A stretch of 64,000 bases of DNA, taken from positions 9,982,001-10,046,000 of the forward strand of contig NC_086097.1 in NCBI RefSeq assembly GCF_963921235.1, written 5' to 3'. Each line of letters starts with the position of its first letter. Within the stretch, counting starts at the first letter, position 1. Positions 24,832 to 35,990 of the stretch are shown here, in pieces. Origin of the DNA: Mobula hypostoma. Taxonomy: Eukaryota. The position numbers and the translations under genes are program-made. Below the pieces are notes generated by a model. That model had not been told where the DNA came from. It did not search any database and saw nothing but the letters and a program-made list of their open reading frames with translations.

Positions 24832-25443
24832 AGTAGGCCAGTGGATCAGAAAAAGGAGGAAAAGAGGGAAATGGTTACCAGAAGTTTAAAAAAAAATGCT
24901 TGTGCCATGAGACCAGAAATTACAAAAGTGGAATATGAGATGCCGCTCTCCTAATCTGTGTCCAGCCTCAATATGGCGGTGGAGAAGGCCATGTTAGTGT
25001 GGGAATGGGAAGCGGAATTGAAATGACTGGCCACTGGAAGATTTTGGCTAATAAGGTGAATGGAGCAATGGAACTTGATGAAGCGGTTTTCCAGACTGTG
25101 TCGGGTCTTACTGATACAAAGCAGCCTCTACCGGAAGCACCAGATGCAATAATTCACATATGTTGAATAAATGCATTAAAACTAATACAAATCATTTGAC
25201 ATAGGTCTATAGCTTTCTATATATGGACATTTAAATACTTGTCTTTATAGTAGTTGCTAACTATTGACAAACTTATAAAAGAGTTTTGGATTCCCTTACC
25301 GTTTAATTGCCATTGTCTTCTCATATTTTCTGTAAGTTCCAGTTTTGCACTTCCTGCCTCTTGTGTTTTGAATTTCATGTTGCATCAAGAGCCACGCTGA
25401 AGTAAAGAAATCTGCTTCTGAAAAGTACTTCAGAATAACTTAC

Positions 25444-25576
25444 ACATTTAGCATTTCTGTGCTCCCAGTTTTCATCAAACATTAAAGCTCTTTCATGTTC
25501 ATTCAAAGTTTCAGACACTATGTGCAAGCTAATCTGGTACTCGACACAAATTCGCTTTATGTCGCGCATAATGAAG
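25444..25576 (-). CDS. Candidate internal coding exon of an unidentified host gene
   Basis: Acceptor tttatctcttaaAG and donor GTAAGT. 133 bp, with one open frame: xFIMRDIKRICVEYQISLHIVSETLNEHERALMFDENWEHRNAKC. CpGs retained in an AT-rich non-repeat context. Confidence 0.6.
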
Positions 25577-25644
25577 CTTTAAGAGATAAATTATAACACC
25601 AAACATTTTAGCTCTCCAGTTTTTTTTTACCATTGTGAAATCAC

Positions 25645-26190
25645 TGTAGAGTAGCAGTTAGCGCAACGTTATTACAATTTGGGACTTTGAAGTTCAGAGT
25701 TCAGCTCCAATGTTATATGTAAGTAGCTTGTACGTTCTACCCTTGAATACATGAGGTTCCTCTGGGTACTCCGGTTTCCTCCATAGTCCAAAGACATACT
25801 GGTTAGTAAGTCAATTGGTTATTGTAAATTGTTCCAAAATTAGGCAGGGGTTAAGTCAGTGGGTTACTGGGTGGGGCTTTTCGAAGGGCTGGAAGGGCCT
25901 ATTCTGCACTGTAACTCAATAAATAAATAAACACCTCAATAAATTCCAGCTCAGGGCTTTGGAGTTCGGAGTCCAATTCCAACATCATCTGTAAGAAGTC
26001 TGTATGTCCTCCCCGTGAATGCTTGGGTATCTTCCAGGTGCTCCAATTTCCTCCCACATTCCAAAGACATACTGATTAGTAGGTTAATTGGACTTCACAA
26101 ATTGTCCCATGATTAGTCTGGGGTTAAATTAGTGGCCTTTTTAGAAGCACTGTCTCAACGCTGTATCTCTAAATAAATAAACAAGTAAAT
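25645..26190 (+). mobile_element. Two tandem V-domain SINE copies
   Basis: Core ggttcctctgggtactccggtttcctcc...ccaaagacatactggttag occurs twice, each copy ending in (aaat)n. Confidence 0.8.
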
Positions 26191-26429
26191 AAATAAAATG
26201 CTTTTATGAAAATAAAACAGACAGAAATCTCCTGAGTAACAGAGTTCTTTCATTAGAGTTGTGCTATCAAATTCCATGTGTAAGTTTCTGCTTAACAGCA
26301 ATAGATAAGGCCTGAATGCTAATTTGTTGAATAATGTGTATGCATTGCTTAACTCTTTCAATAAGTAGCTTTACAATCCTGCCTTTTGAGTCGTACCTCA
26401 TACTTGCATTTGATGGCATTACTTGATAG

Positions 26430-27122
26430 CAGTTGCTCTATTTGTTTATGGGCCAAAAGCAGAATTTTCCTGTAGCCAATCATTTTGATTCCTATTCCCA
26501 CTCCCAATATTACATGTCGGTCCACAGTCTCCTCTTCTGCTACAATGAGGCCATTCTCAGACTGGAGAAGCAACATCTCATATTCTTTCTTAGAATCCTC
26601 CAACCTGATTCTAGGAAGATCAATTTCTCCTTGGGGTAATATTATTTTTTTTTCCCGCTCTCCCTTCCCTCTTCTTCTATTGTCCACTCTGGCCTCTTAC
26701 CTCCTTTCCTCACCAGCCTATCATCTCCCATTGGTGCCCCTCCTTCTTCCCGTTCTCCTATAGTCCACTCTCCTCTCCTACAGCATTCCTTCTTCTCCAG
26801 CCCTTTAACTTTTCCACCTATCTGACATCACCTGTCAGCTTCTAGCTCAGGAGTTCCCAACCTGAGGTCCATGGACCTCTTGGTTAATGGTAGGGGTCCA
26901 TGGCATAAAAATGATAGGAACCCTTGTTCTAGGTAATCTTCCTTCCCCTCCCCCACCTTTTTATTCTACCATCTCCCCATTTCTTCCCAGTCCTGAAGAA
27001 GGGTGTCAGCCAAAACATCGACTGTTTATCATTTCCATAGAAGCTGCCTGACCTGCTGAATTCCTCCAGCATTTTGTGTCCATTGCTCTGGACTTGCAGC
27101 ATCTGCTGAATCACTTGTGTTT
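26430..27122 (+). mobile_element. Decayed Penelope 3' end/pLTR
   Basis: PVANHF...LEKQHLIF remnant. Degenerate hammerhead cctgaagaagggtgtcagccaaaacatcgactg. Confidence 0.75.
26848..26926. mobile_element. hAT/Charlie-type MITE (~79 bp)
   Basis: Ends caggagttcccaa...ggaacccttg. 8-bp TSD ttctagct/ttctaggt (NTCTAGAN type). Confidence 0.8.
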
Positions 27123-28092
27123 ATTCCTGGGATGTAACTATTGTCTGCAAGGTAAGGATTTACTCTGTAATCCTCAATGCCCTGAGAAGCAAGTGGTAAA
27201 CCTCCACTGCATGTGTTGTAGTAATAGCTGGGAGTTCCTGGATTTAGATCATTTAGAATAATGAAGAAATCAAAATTCAACGATCAATATAAATTTACTA
27301 TCATAGCATGTCTTTGACAACAAATACTACCTTGAGGTTTATTTTTGCAGGCATTAACAGAACAAAAAGAATACAATAGAATTTATGAAAAACTATACAT
27401 AAACAATGTCTGACAAAACTGCAAATACTGAGAACATGAGTTGCAAATGACAATGAAGAGGATTGAAAGTTAGAGACATTAATGTTACTAAAAAGTTCAA
27501 AATTCAGAGTACATATATGTCACCACCTACAGTCTGGGATTCTACACTTGTACTTCTGGGTGACAGGTCAACTGTTTGGTACATTCTGCCACTGAAGCTT
27601 TGACAATCTAGTGCAGTGCAATTTGCAGCTACACAATGCAGACAGAAAACACCAACAGTAATTCAAGAAAGCACCCTGCAATGTTCAAAGTTCAAAGTAA
27701 TTTTTATTATCACAGTATATATGTGTCACCATATAAACCCTGGGATTTATTTTCTTGAGGGCATACTCAACAAATCTGTAGAATAGTAACAGAATCAGTG
27801 AAAGACACACACTCAATATTTCAGGAGCAGTTCTTCCCCTCTGCCATCTGTTTTCTGTATAGACACTATGGACAATGAACCCATGTACACTACCTCACTA
27901 TTGAACACCCAACTAGAGTGTTCAACCAGAGTGCAGAAACAACAAAATGTGCAAATGCAAATACAAATAAATAGTAATAAATAATGAGATCATATTGTGA
28001 GCACCAACAATCTTTTTTCATAATATTGAAACTGTGAAAATCTGGGCCTGTGGACAACTTGCAACTTCATTTCTGACTTTTGTGATCTAGAT

Positions 28093-28170
28093 CAGGAGTT
28101 CCCAACTTGGGGACCATGAACACTTTGCTCAGTGACATTGGTCCATAGCATAAAAGGTTGGGAACCCCTG
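28093..28170. mobile_element. hAT/Charlie-type MITE (78 bp), same family
   Basis: TIR caggagttcccaac...gttgggaacccctg. TSD atctagat/agctagat. Confidence 0.85.
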
Positions 28171-28249
28171 AGCTAGATAGCTAAATGACTTTTGTGAATT
28201 ATTCCTACAGATTATCCATGCTCTAGCCTGCTTCTAAACACAGAATTAA

Positions 28250-30262
28250 GACATAAGAGCAGAATTAGGCCATTTGGCCCATCAATTCTGCTCTGCCATT
28301 CAATCATGGCTTAGCCTTTTTTTTCTCCTCCTCAACCCCATTTACCAGCCTTCTCCCTGTAACCCTTGATGCCGTGTCCAATCAAGAACCTATCAATCTC
28401 TGCCTTAAATACACCCAATGACCTGGCCTCCACAGCTGCATGTGGCAAAACATTCCACAAATTCACCACCCTCTGGCTAAAGAAATTCCTCCGCATCTGT
28501 TTTGAAAGGGTGCCCCTTTATCCTGAGGCTGTGCCTTCTTGTCCTAGACTCTTCCATCATGGGAAACATCCTCTCCACATCTACTCTGTCTAGGCCTTTC
28601 AACATTCGAAAGGTTTCAATGAGATCCTCCCTCATCCTTCTAAATTCCAGCGAGTACAGACCCAGAGCCATCGAATGTTCCTCGTATGATAATCATTTCA
28701 TTCCTAGAATCATCCTTGTGAACCGCCTCTGGACCCTCTCCAATGCCAGCACATCTCTTCTAAGATGAGGAGCCCAAAACTGTACACAATACTCAACATG
28801 AGGCCTCATCAGTGCCTTATAAAGCCTCAGCATCAGATCCCTGCTCCTGTGTTCTAGACCTCTTGAAATAAATGCTAACATTGCATTTGCCTTCTCACCA
28901 CTGACTCAACCTGCAAGTCAACTTTAGAGTGTTCCTGTAAAGTTAAAGTGTTCTGCACAAGGACTCCCAAGTCCCCTTGCATCTCAGATTTTTGGATCTT
29001 CTCTCCATTTAGAAAATAGTCCATACATTTATTTCTTCTTTCAAAGTGCATGGCCATGCATTTTCCAACATTATATTTTATCTGTCACTTTCTTGGCCAT
29101 TCTCCTCATCTGTCTATGGCTGTCTTTTTTTTTCTCCTCCTCAACCCCATTTTCTGGCCTTCTCCCCATAACCTTTGATGCCATGTCCAATCAAGAACCT
29201 ATCAATCTCTGCCTTAAATACACTCAGTGACCTGACCTCCACAGCTGCCAGTGGTAATAAATTCCACAAATTCACCACCCTTTGGCTGAAGAAATTTCTC
29301 TGCATTTGTTTTAACTGGATGTCCCTCTACACCAAGGCTTGCCCTCTTGTTCTGTACTCCCCCACCATCATAAACATTCTTTCCGCATCTACTTTGTCTA
29401 GGCCTTTCAACATTCGAACGGTTTGTTACGTACCCCGTAACTGGGTTGCCAAACCAGCAGAAATGGATCACTCAGTTGGAGTCTGGATTACTAGAACTAA
29501 GAAAGTTTTATTAAAGAAACAAGCAACACAGTAATCGAAAGGATAATAAATGCAACAGTTCAGCAATGATAAACACACATGTGCACAGAATTAAGATAAC
29601 AGCATCAATCAAGCTCTATCGTTGTCTAGGGGTAAATGACCAAATTTCAAAGTGACACAAAAGTTCAGTCCAATTTAGTTCAGTTCGCAGTAATCGTTGC
29701 CATGGCGATTGACAACGTGGGGGGAGAGAGAGAGAGAAAACGGGAACGACTGATCATTCAGACACGGCTTCCACTCACAGACCGGCGATACGGCTCACAA
29801 GCAGCTTTTGGGCAGGTCCTTGGTGATGTCACCTGAGGTCACCGACTGTGACCCCTCCTCCAGATGCGGTCGATCCTTTGCAGTGAACCCGGCACCCAAG
29901 CAAGGGCGGACACACACCGGGTTCCCGCTGATCGTACCTTTCCACCCTGTGCGTTGTCCGATACTTTCCACCGACTCGTGAGAGGCGCACCGCTTCCAGG
30001 GTCTCGTTACCTCGGGTGTCGTGTGTCCTGCCTTAGCGAACCTGTCCCTGCTGGGGTATCGCCTGTCCATCACTTCAAACAGTTCAGGGTTCAAAGGGGG
30101 AGCCGCTCCAGACAGCTCCCTACACATCTCCAGGTGCTGTTTCATTGTGTCCCTTATCTCTCTCTTGAGGACAGGTGGCAGACCAACTGCTGATCACACA
30201 GGACAGCTAACATCTTATCTATGTGTATTCGTCACAGGTTTCAATGAGATCCCCCCCTCTCC
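28250..30262 (-). mobile_element. CR1 3' fragments (two partial tandem copies, the second split by a solo LTR)
   Basis: MLAFISRGLE...RPHVEYCVQFW and LYSLEFRRMREDLIETF. 29130-29423 repeats ~28320-28615. Same family as 53440-54590. Confidence 0.85.
29424..30236 (-). mobile_element. Solo LTR (813 bp), probably Gypsy-type
   Basis: TGTTACG...CGTCACA ends. 4-bp TSD ggtt. tttatt (minus-strand AATAAA) near 29507. The host CR1 is continuous across it. Confidence 0.88.
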
Positions 30263-30805
30263 CAACATGTACGGAATTCAGGTAGAACTAAATGATTAGC
30301 TTTGTTGTGTTTTTGTCAATGGTCACATTGATGGTAATGAGTTTAGTCATTGTAATGCTGTTCAATGTCAAGGGGAAATTACTAAGTCCTTTTCAGTTGC
30401 ACAGGTCATTCATTATCTGTCACTTTCACACTGGGGTTGTGAATGTAACCTCTTAACAACCAGGGATACTTTTATAGTTCCATTTTGCTCCACTAAATTT
30501 TTTCTTAAGTGTTCTTCTGCATTCCTCATATTCCTCAAGGGACTTCTGTGATCTCAGTTGCCAGGACCTGATGTATGTTTCCCTAATCTTATCAGCCTTT
30601 TTCTTCACTCTAACAGGAACATGTTGGGTTTCAGCTCCACTTATCTCATTTTTAAAAGACCCCTACTTTCCAGACCATCCCTTTAGCATCTAGCAATCTT
30701 TATCGGTCAACCTTTGAGAGTTCCTGTCAGATGTCATTGACAATACTCTTTCCCCAATTTAGTACTTTAATTTGCAGACCAGTTCTATCTTTTTCTCTGC
30801 ATAGC

Positions 30806-31164
30806 TGTTGTAGGAACAAACTGAAAGATCACACAGAGTTGATGTTTGAAATAGCGGGCAATTTATTAAAAACTGGTGTCTACCAGGAGAGCAGACAAAG
30901 GTGATCTACCTCAGCATGAATTTGCTACGGCTTTTACATTCTCAGTTGATGAGATTATCAGTAAAAACACATTTTGATAACAGAATGGTGGTTACTTAAT
31001 TAAATAGCAGACTGAGTCATGATTGCAGACCTAACATTAAATCCAGTTTTTTATTACAACAATTGGTGCACTCTATAACACAGTTAGTAAAGTTCCAGAA
31101 ACTTTGGTGTCATCACTGCTATGTTCTATGTCTCTACTTTTGTCTGTGGTTCCCTGTTACAACA
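30806..31164 (-). mobile_element. Short solo LTR (359 bp)
   Basis: Perfect 7-bp inverted ends TGTTGTA...TACAACA. TSD atagc/ttagc. Minus-strand AATAAA ~30863. Confidence 0.65.
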
Positions 31165-31255
31165 TTAGCACAATCCACATCACTATTTACTTCTTCTTAG
31201 CCCTCACTATTCTTTACCCTACAATAATCTTGAAATTGATATAATTATAGAATTA

Positions 31256-32568
31256 CAACACAAACAACAGCTTATCCACTGATTGTCTACTATAAGCCTA
31301 CTGACTCTCACAGCTATCTGGACTATTCCTCTTTTCACCCTGTCTCTTGCAAAAATGCCACCCCCTTCTCGCAATTCCTCCATCTCCGCTGCATCTGCTC
31401 TCAGGATGAGGCTTTTCATTCTAGGACGAGAGAGATGTCCTCCTTTTTTAAAGAAAGGGGCTTCCCTTCCTCCACTATCAACTCTGCTCTCAAACGCATC
31501 TCCCCCATTTCACGTACATCTGCTCTCACTCCATCCTCCCGCCACCCCACTAGGAATAGGGTTCCCCTGGTCCTCACCTACCACCCCACCAGCCTCCGGG
31601 TCCAACATGTTATCCTCCGTAACTTCCGCCACCTCCAACGGGATCCCACCACTAAGCACATCTTTCCCTCCCCGCCTCTCTCTGCTTTCCGCAGGGATCG
31701 CTCCCTACGTGACTCCCTTGTCCATTCGTCCCCCCCATCCCTCCCCACTGATCTCCCTCCTGGCACTTATCCTTGTAAGCGGAACAAGTGCTACACATGC
31801 CCTTACACTTCCTCCCTTACCACCATTCAGGGCCCCAAACAGTCCTTCCAGGTGAGGTGACACTTCACCTGTGAGTCGGCTGGGGTGGTATACTGCGTCC
31901 GGTGCTCCCAATGTGGCCTTCTATATATTGGCGAGACCCGACGCAGACTGGGAGACTGCTTTGCTGAACACCTACGCTCTGTCGGCCAGAGAAAGCAGGA
32001 TCTCCCAGTGGCCACACATTTTAATTCCACATCCCATTCCCATTCTGACATGTCTATCCACGGCCTCCTCTACTGTAAAGATGAAGCCACACTCAGGTTG
32101 GAGGAACAACACCTTATATTCCGTCTGGGTAGCCTCCAACCTGATGGCATGATCATCGACTTCTCTAACTTCCGCTAATGCCTCACCTCCCCCTCGTACC
32201 CCATCTGTTATTTATTTTATACACACATTCTTTCTCTCTCTCTCTTTTTTCTCCCTCTGTTCCTCTGACTATACCCCTTGCCCATCCTCTGGTTCCCCCC
32301 TCTTTGTCTTTCTTCTCGGACCTCCTGTCCCATGATCTTCTCGTATCCCCTTTGCCAATCACCTGTCCAGCTCTTGGCTCCATCCCTCCCCCTCCTGTCT
32401 TCTCCTATCATTTGGATCTCCCCCTCCCCCTCCCACTTTCAAATCTCTTACTAACTCTTCCTTCAGTTAGTCCTGACGAAGGGTCTCGGCCTGAAACGTC
32501 GACTGTACCTCTTCCTAGAGATGCTGCCTGGCCTGCTGCGTTCACCAGCAACTTTGATGTGTGTTGCC
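31256..32568 (+). mobile_element. Penelope-like element, 5'-truncated (RT C-terminus, linker, GIY-YIG, pLTR)
   Basis: VPLVLTYHP, CKRNKCYTC, VVYCVRCSQCGLLYIGETRRRLGDCFAEH...EQHLIFRLGSLQPDG. 14-bp TSD taattatagaatta at 31242-31255 and 32569-32582. Confidence 0.95.
32464..32505 (+). ncRNA. Minimal type I hammerhead ribozyme motif
   Basis: cagttAGTC-CTGACGA-agggtctcggcct-GAAA-cGTC|GACTG. Stem I AGTC/GACT; palindromic ACGT in helix III. Confidence 0.75.
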
Positions 32569-34199
32569 TAATTATAGAATTATACTGGTTTCAAAATGCT
32601 AATTCTGACAAATCAAACACTTGTCCAGCCTAACTTCCAAAGAGGTGGTTCAGATTAGCTCCTTCTTTAGGCCAACAACATATTGTTTCAGAAAGGTTCC
32701 CTGGGCACATTTAACAAATCCTGCTCCATCTAGCACTAAAGTGGCCCCAGTTAATTTTAGGGAAGTCAAAATCACTTACTATTACAACCCTAATATTTCT
32801 ACACTTATCTCAGAATGAGTTTCAGTATCACTGGCATATCATGAAATTTATTGTTTTGCTGCAGCAGTACATTGTAATACATAATAATAATAAAAAGATC
32901 TGTAAGTCACAAAAATTACTATATATAGAAGTAAATTAAATTGCCCATGATGGATCTTTTATTTCCTTACAGAAACACTCAGCAACACAAATATAACACA
33001 AATGAATGTTTAAAAAAAGGTTTAGAGATGCAAGAGAGTACAGATTCTGGAATCTAGAGTACAGAGTGAAGTGCTGGAAGGACTCGACATTTCAAGCAGC
33101 ATCGATGGAAGCAGAAGAGCGGTTGATATTTTGGTTTGAGATCCAGCATCAGGATTGATAAAGAAGAGAGGCAGCTGATAGAAATGAGATGGAGTAGTGA
33201 GACAGAGGCTGATGGATGATAGGTGGAACCACATGGGGAAGGTGGTGATGCTGGGAGTGGGCAGACACAGCCATATGGGATATGGCTGGAGATGTATTGA
33301 GACAAAGGCTGCAAAGTGAGAGGTGCAAAAATAAGAAAAGAGAAAAAAATCAAAAAAAGAAAAAGCATTTTCAGCAAATAAATCCAGGAGGGAGAATGGA
33401 ATGGTAAAGACAAAGGGAAGTAGGTGATAAATAGAAATAGATAATGGAAAGAGATGATGGGCAGGTAGAACTACAAGAGGAGAGGAGAGGAAAATTAAGG
33501 TAAGGGATAGGAAACCAAAGTGGATAGGCATGTAGGTGATGGGCCAATGAACCTGATATGGAGTGGGTACTGTGCAGGATCAGAAAAAACTGCAAACATT
33601 TGTAAACTCTGCCAGCTCCATTATGGACACCAGCATTCAGATCATCTTCAAAATTTGATGCCTCAAAAAGCTGATATGCATCCCTCACCATCCAGGACAT
33701 GCCCTCTTCTCATTGTTACCATCAAGGAGGTGGTACAGGAGCCTGAAGACACACACCTAACATTTCAGGAACAGCTTCTTCTCCTCGGCTATCAGATTTC
33801 GGAATGGTCAATGAACCCATGATCACTACTTCTGTGATTTTTCCTCTCTTTTTGCACTACTTGTTATTTTTTAAAAATATATACTTATTATTGTAATTTA
33901 TTGATTTTGCTCTTTATGTTTTGCAATATACTGCTGCCACAAAACAACAAATTTCATAATATATGCATGTGATATTAAACATAATTCTAATTCTGAGTCT
34001 GGTAGATATGAACCTGATTGTGAAATGGTGAAAAAAGGCAGAAAGATCCTGGGTGGTCTGGTGGGAGTGGAAAAGAACACAGGGGGAATGGGTCAGTTGA
34101 AATTGAAAAACTCAGAGCTCAATCCATTTGGGCTGCAGGTTACCCAGGTGGAATATGAAATACTATTCTTAGTTAACAACATAAAATCTTGACTGGTGA

Positions 34200-34895
34200 A
34201 ACATTTTAGTGATGAGGTGATGGTGGTTGAGAGGCTAAGACTGGTCACCAGCAGTCTTGCTCGCCACTGCATCTGGCTGCCAACTGAAAATCAATCTTGG
34301 CAAGCATTTAAAGTTCCCTGACATCATCACATCATCACATCATCATCACTGGGGCCTGATGTGGTCATTCTGTTAGAAACCTCAAAGCAGGTTGTCATGG
34401 TAGAAGAATCACAAACAAGAGAAGATCAGCAGATGCTGGAAACCCAAGCAACACACACAAAATGCTGGAGGAATTCAGCAGGCCAGGCGGCAACTATGTT
34501 GTCATGGTAGAACTGACAGTTCCTTAGGGAGACAAGACTGCAAAGATGTCTGAGTGCAAGGAAGCCAAGTTCCAGGAGCTAGTTGAGCAATGCCAGAGAC
34601 AGTGGTGGAGGGCATATTGTGAGCCTATAGAGCCTATTGCTGGCTGCTTGCTGTTCAGAACCTACTCTCTCCCTGGCATTGTGGGGGCTGCAAAGAAAAG
34701 AGCCATCAGGACTGTCACAGAGGCAGCTGAGCAAGCCTCCAGATGGCTATGGATCAAGAGGTGTGACCAGTGGATCAATGCTGCTGGGACACAAACCGGG
34801 GCCCGATCATCCCTGGCTGGGTCACCTGACGTTGAAAAGCCCGAACGACCCAGGTTACTTCACTGATGATGTGTCCTAGTTCATCCTAAGGTGTA
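34200..34895 (+). mobile_element. HERO/NeSL-like RLE non-LTR 3' fragment
   Basis: PDVVIL...VMVELTVP...KEAKFQELVEQC...CEPIE...EAAEQASRWLW (PD-(D/E)xK-type endonuclease). Confidence 0.75.
34406..34497 (-). mobile_element. 92-bp Penelope terminal fragment
   Basis: Matches the pLTR 3' end (acacacacaaaatgctggaggaattcagcaggccagg). 15-bp TSD gttgtcatggtagaa at 34391-34405 and 34498-34512. Confidence 0.85.
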
Positions 34896-35283
34896 TCTCA
34901 GCATCAAAGAAGCTGATGGGAGGAAACGAATACAATGATTAACGTTCAGCTGGAAGATTTAATTTGGGAGATTTAAAACAATACTGAGAAATATGAATAC
35001 ATATTCTGCCATTTAAACACAGGTTGTCAGCACAGGAGAGAAATAAGAGAAACAATTAATATTAACAATATAAAAAAGTAAATATTTTCATGATATTTAG
35101 CGATGTTTTACATATACATATAAACAATGAACCTGCATTCATATTTTATATGTTTCATTCAATATTTTACTATCAATTATTAATACGGAAATTTCAGTTA
35201 CCTTTCATTTGAATGTAGGAGCCATGTAGCTATTTCCAATCTGTATTGAATTCTGTGTTGTGCATTCATTACGGTAGTTAGTC

Positions 35284-35990
35284 AACCCACATAAAAGTTG
35301 CTGGTGAACGCAGCAGGCCAGGCAGCATCTCTAGGAAGAGGTGCAGTCGACGTTTCAGGCCGAGACCCTTCGTCAGGACTAACTGAAGGAAGAGCTAGTA
35401 AGGGATTTGAAAGTTGGAGGGGGAGGGGGAGATCCAAAAAGATAGGAGAAGACAGGAGGGGGAGGGATGGAGCCAAGAGCTGGACAGGTGATAGGCAAAA
35501 GGGATACGAGAGGATCATGGGACAGGAGGCCCAGGGAGAAAGAAAAGGGGGAGGGGGGGAAATACCCAGAGGATGGGCAAGGGATATAGTGAGAGGGACA
35601 GAGGGAAAAAAAGGAGAGAGAGAGAAAGAATGTGCGTATAAAAATAAGTAACAGATGGGGTACGAGGGGAAGGTGGGGCATTAGCGGAAGTTAGAGAAGT
35701 CGATGTTCATGCCATCAGGTTGGAGGCTACCCAGACGGAATATAAGGTGTTGTTCCTCCAACCTGAGTGTGGCTTCATCTTTACAGTAGAGGAGGCCGTG
35801 GATAGACATGTCAGAATGGGAATGGGATGTGGAATTAAAATGTGTGGCCACGAGGAGATCCTGCTTTCTCTGGCGGACAGAGCATAGGTGTTCAGCAAAG
35901 CGGTCTCCCAGTCTGCGTCGGGTCTCGCCAATATATAGAAGGCCACATCGGGAGCACCGGACGCAGTATATCACCCCAGCCAACTCACAG
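35284..35990 (-). mobile_element. Penelope 3' fragment (GIY-YIG + pLTR)
   Basis: GVIYCVRCSRCGLLYIGETRRRLGDRFAEH...GMNIDFSNFR. Near-identical to 31870-32568. Confidence 0.93.
35344..35385 (-). ncRNA. Minimal type I hammerhead ribozyme motif
   Basis: Reverse complement cagttagtc-CTGACGA-agggtctcggcct-GAAA-cgtc-gactg. Confidence 0.75.
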
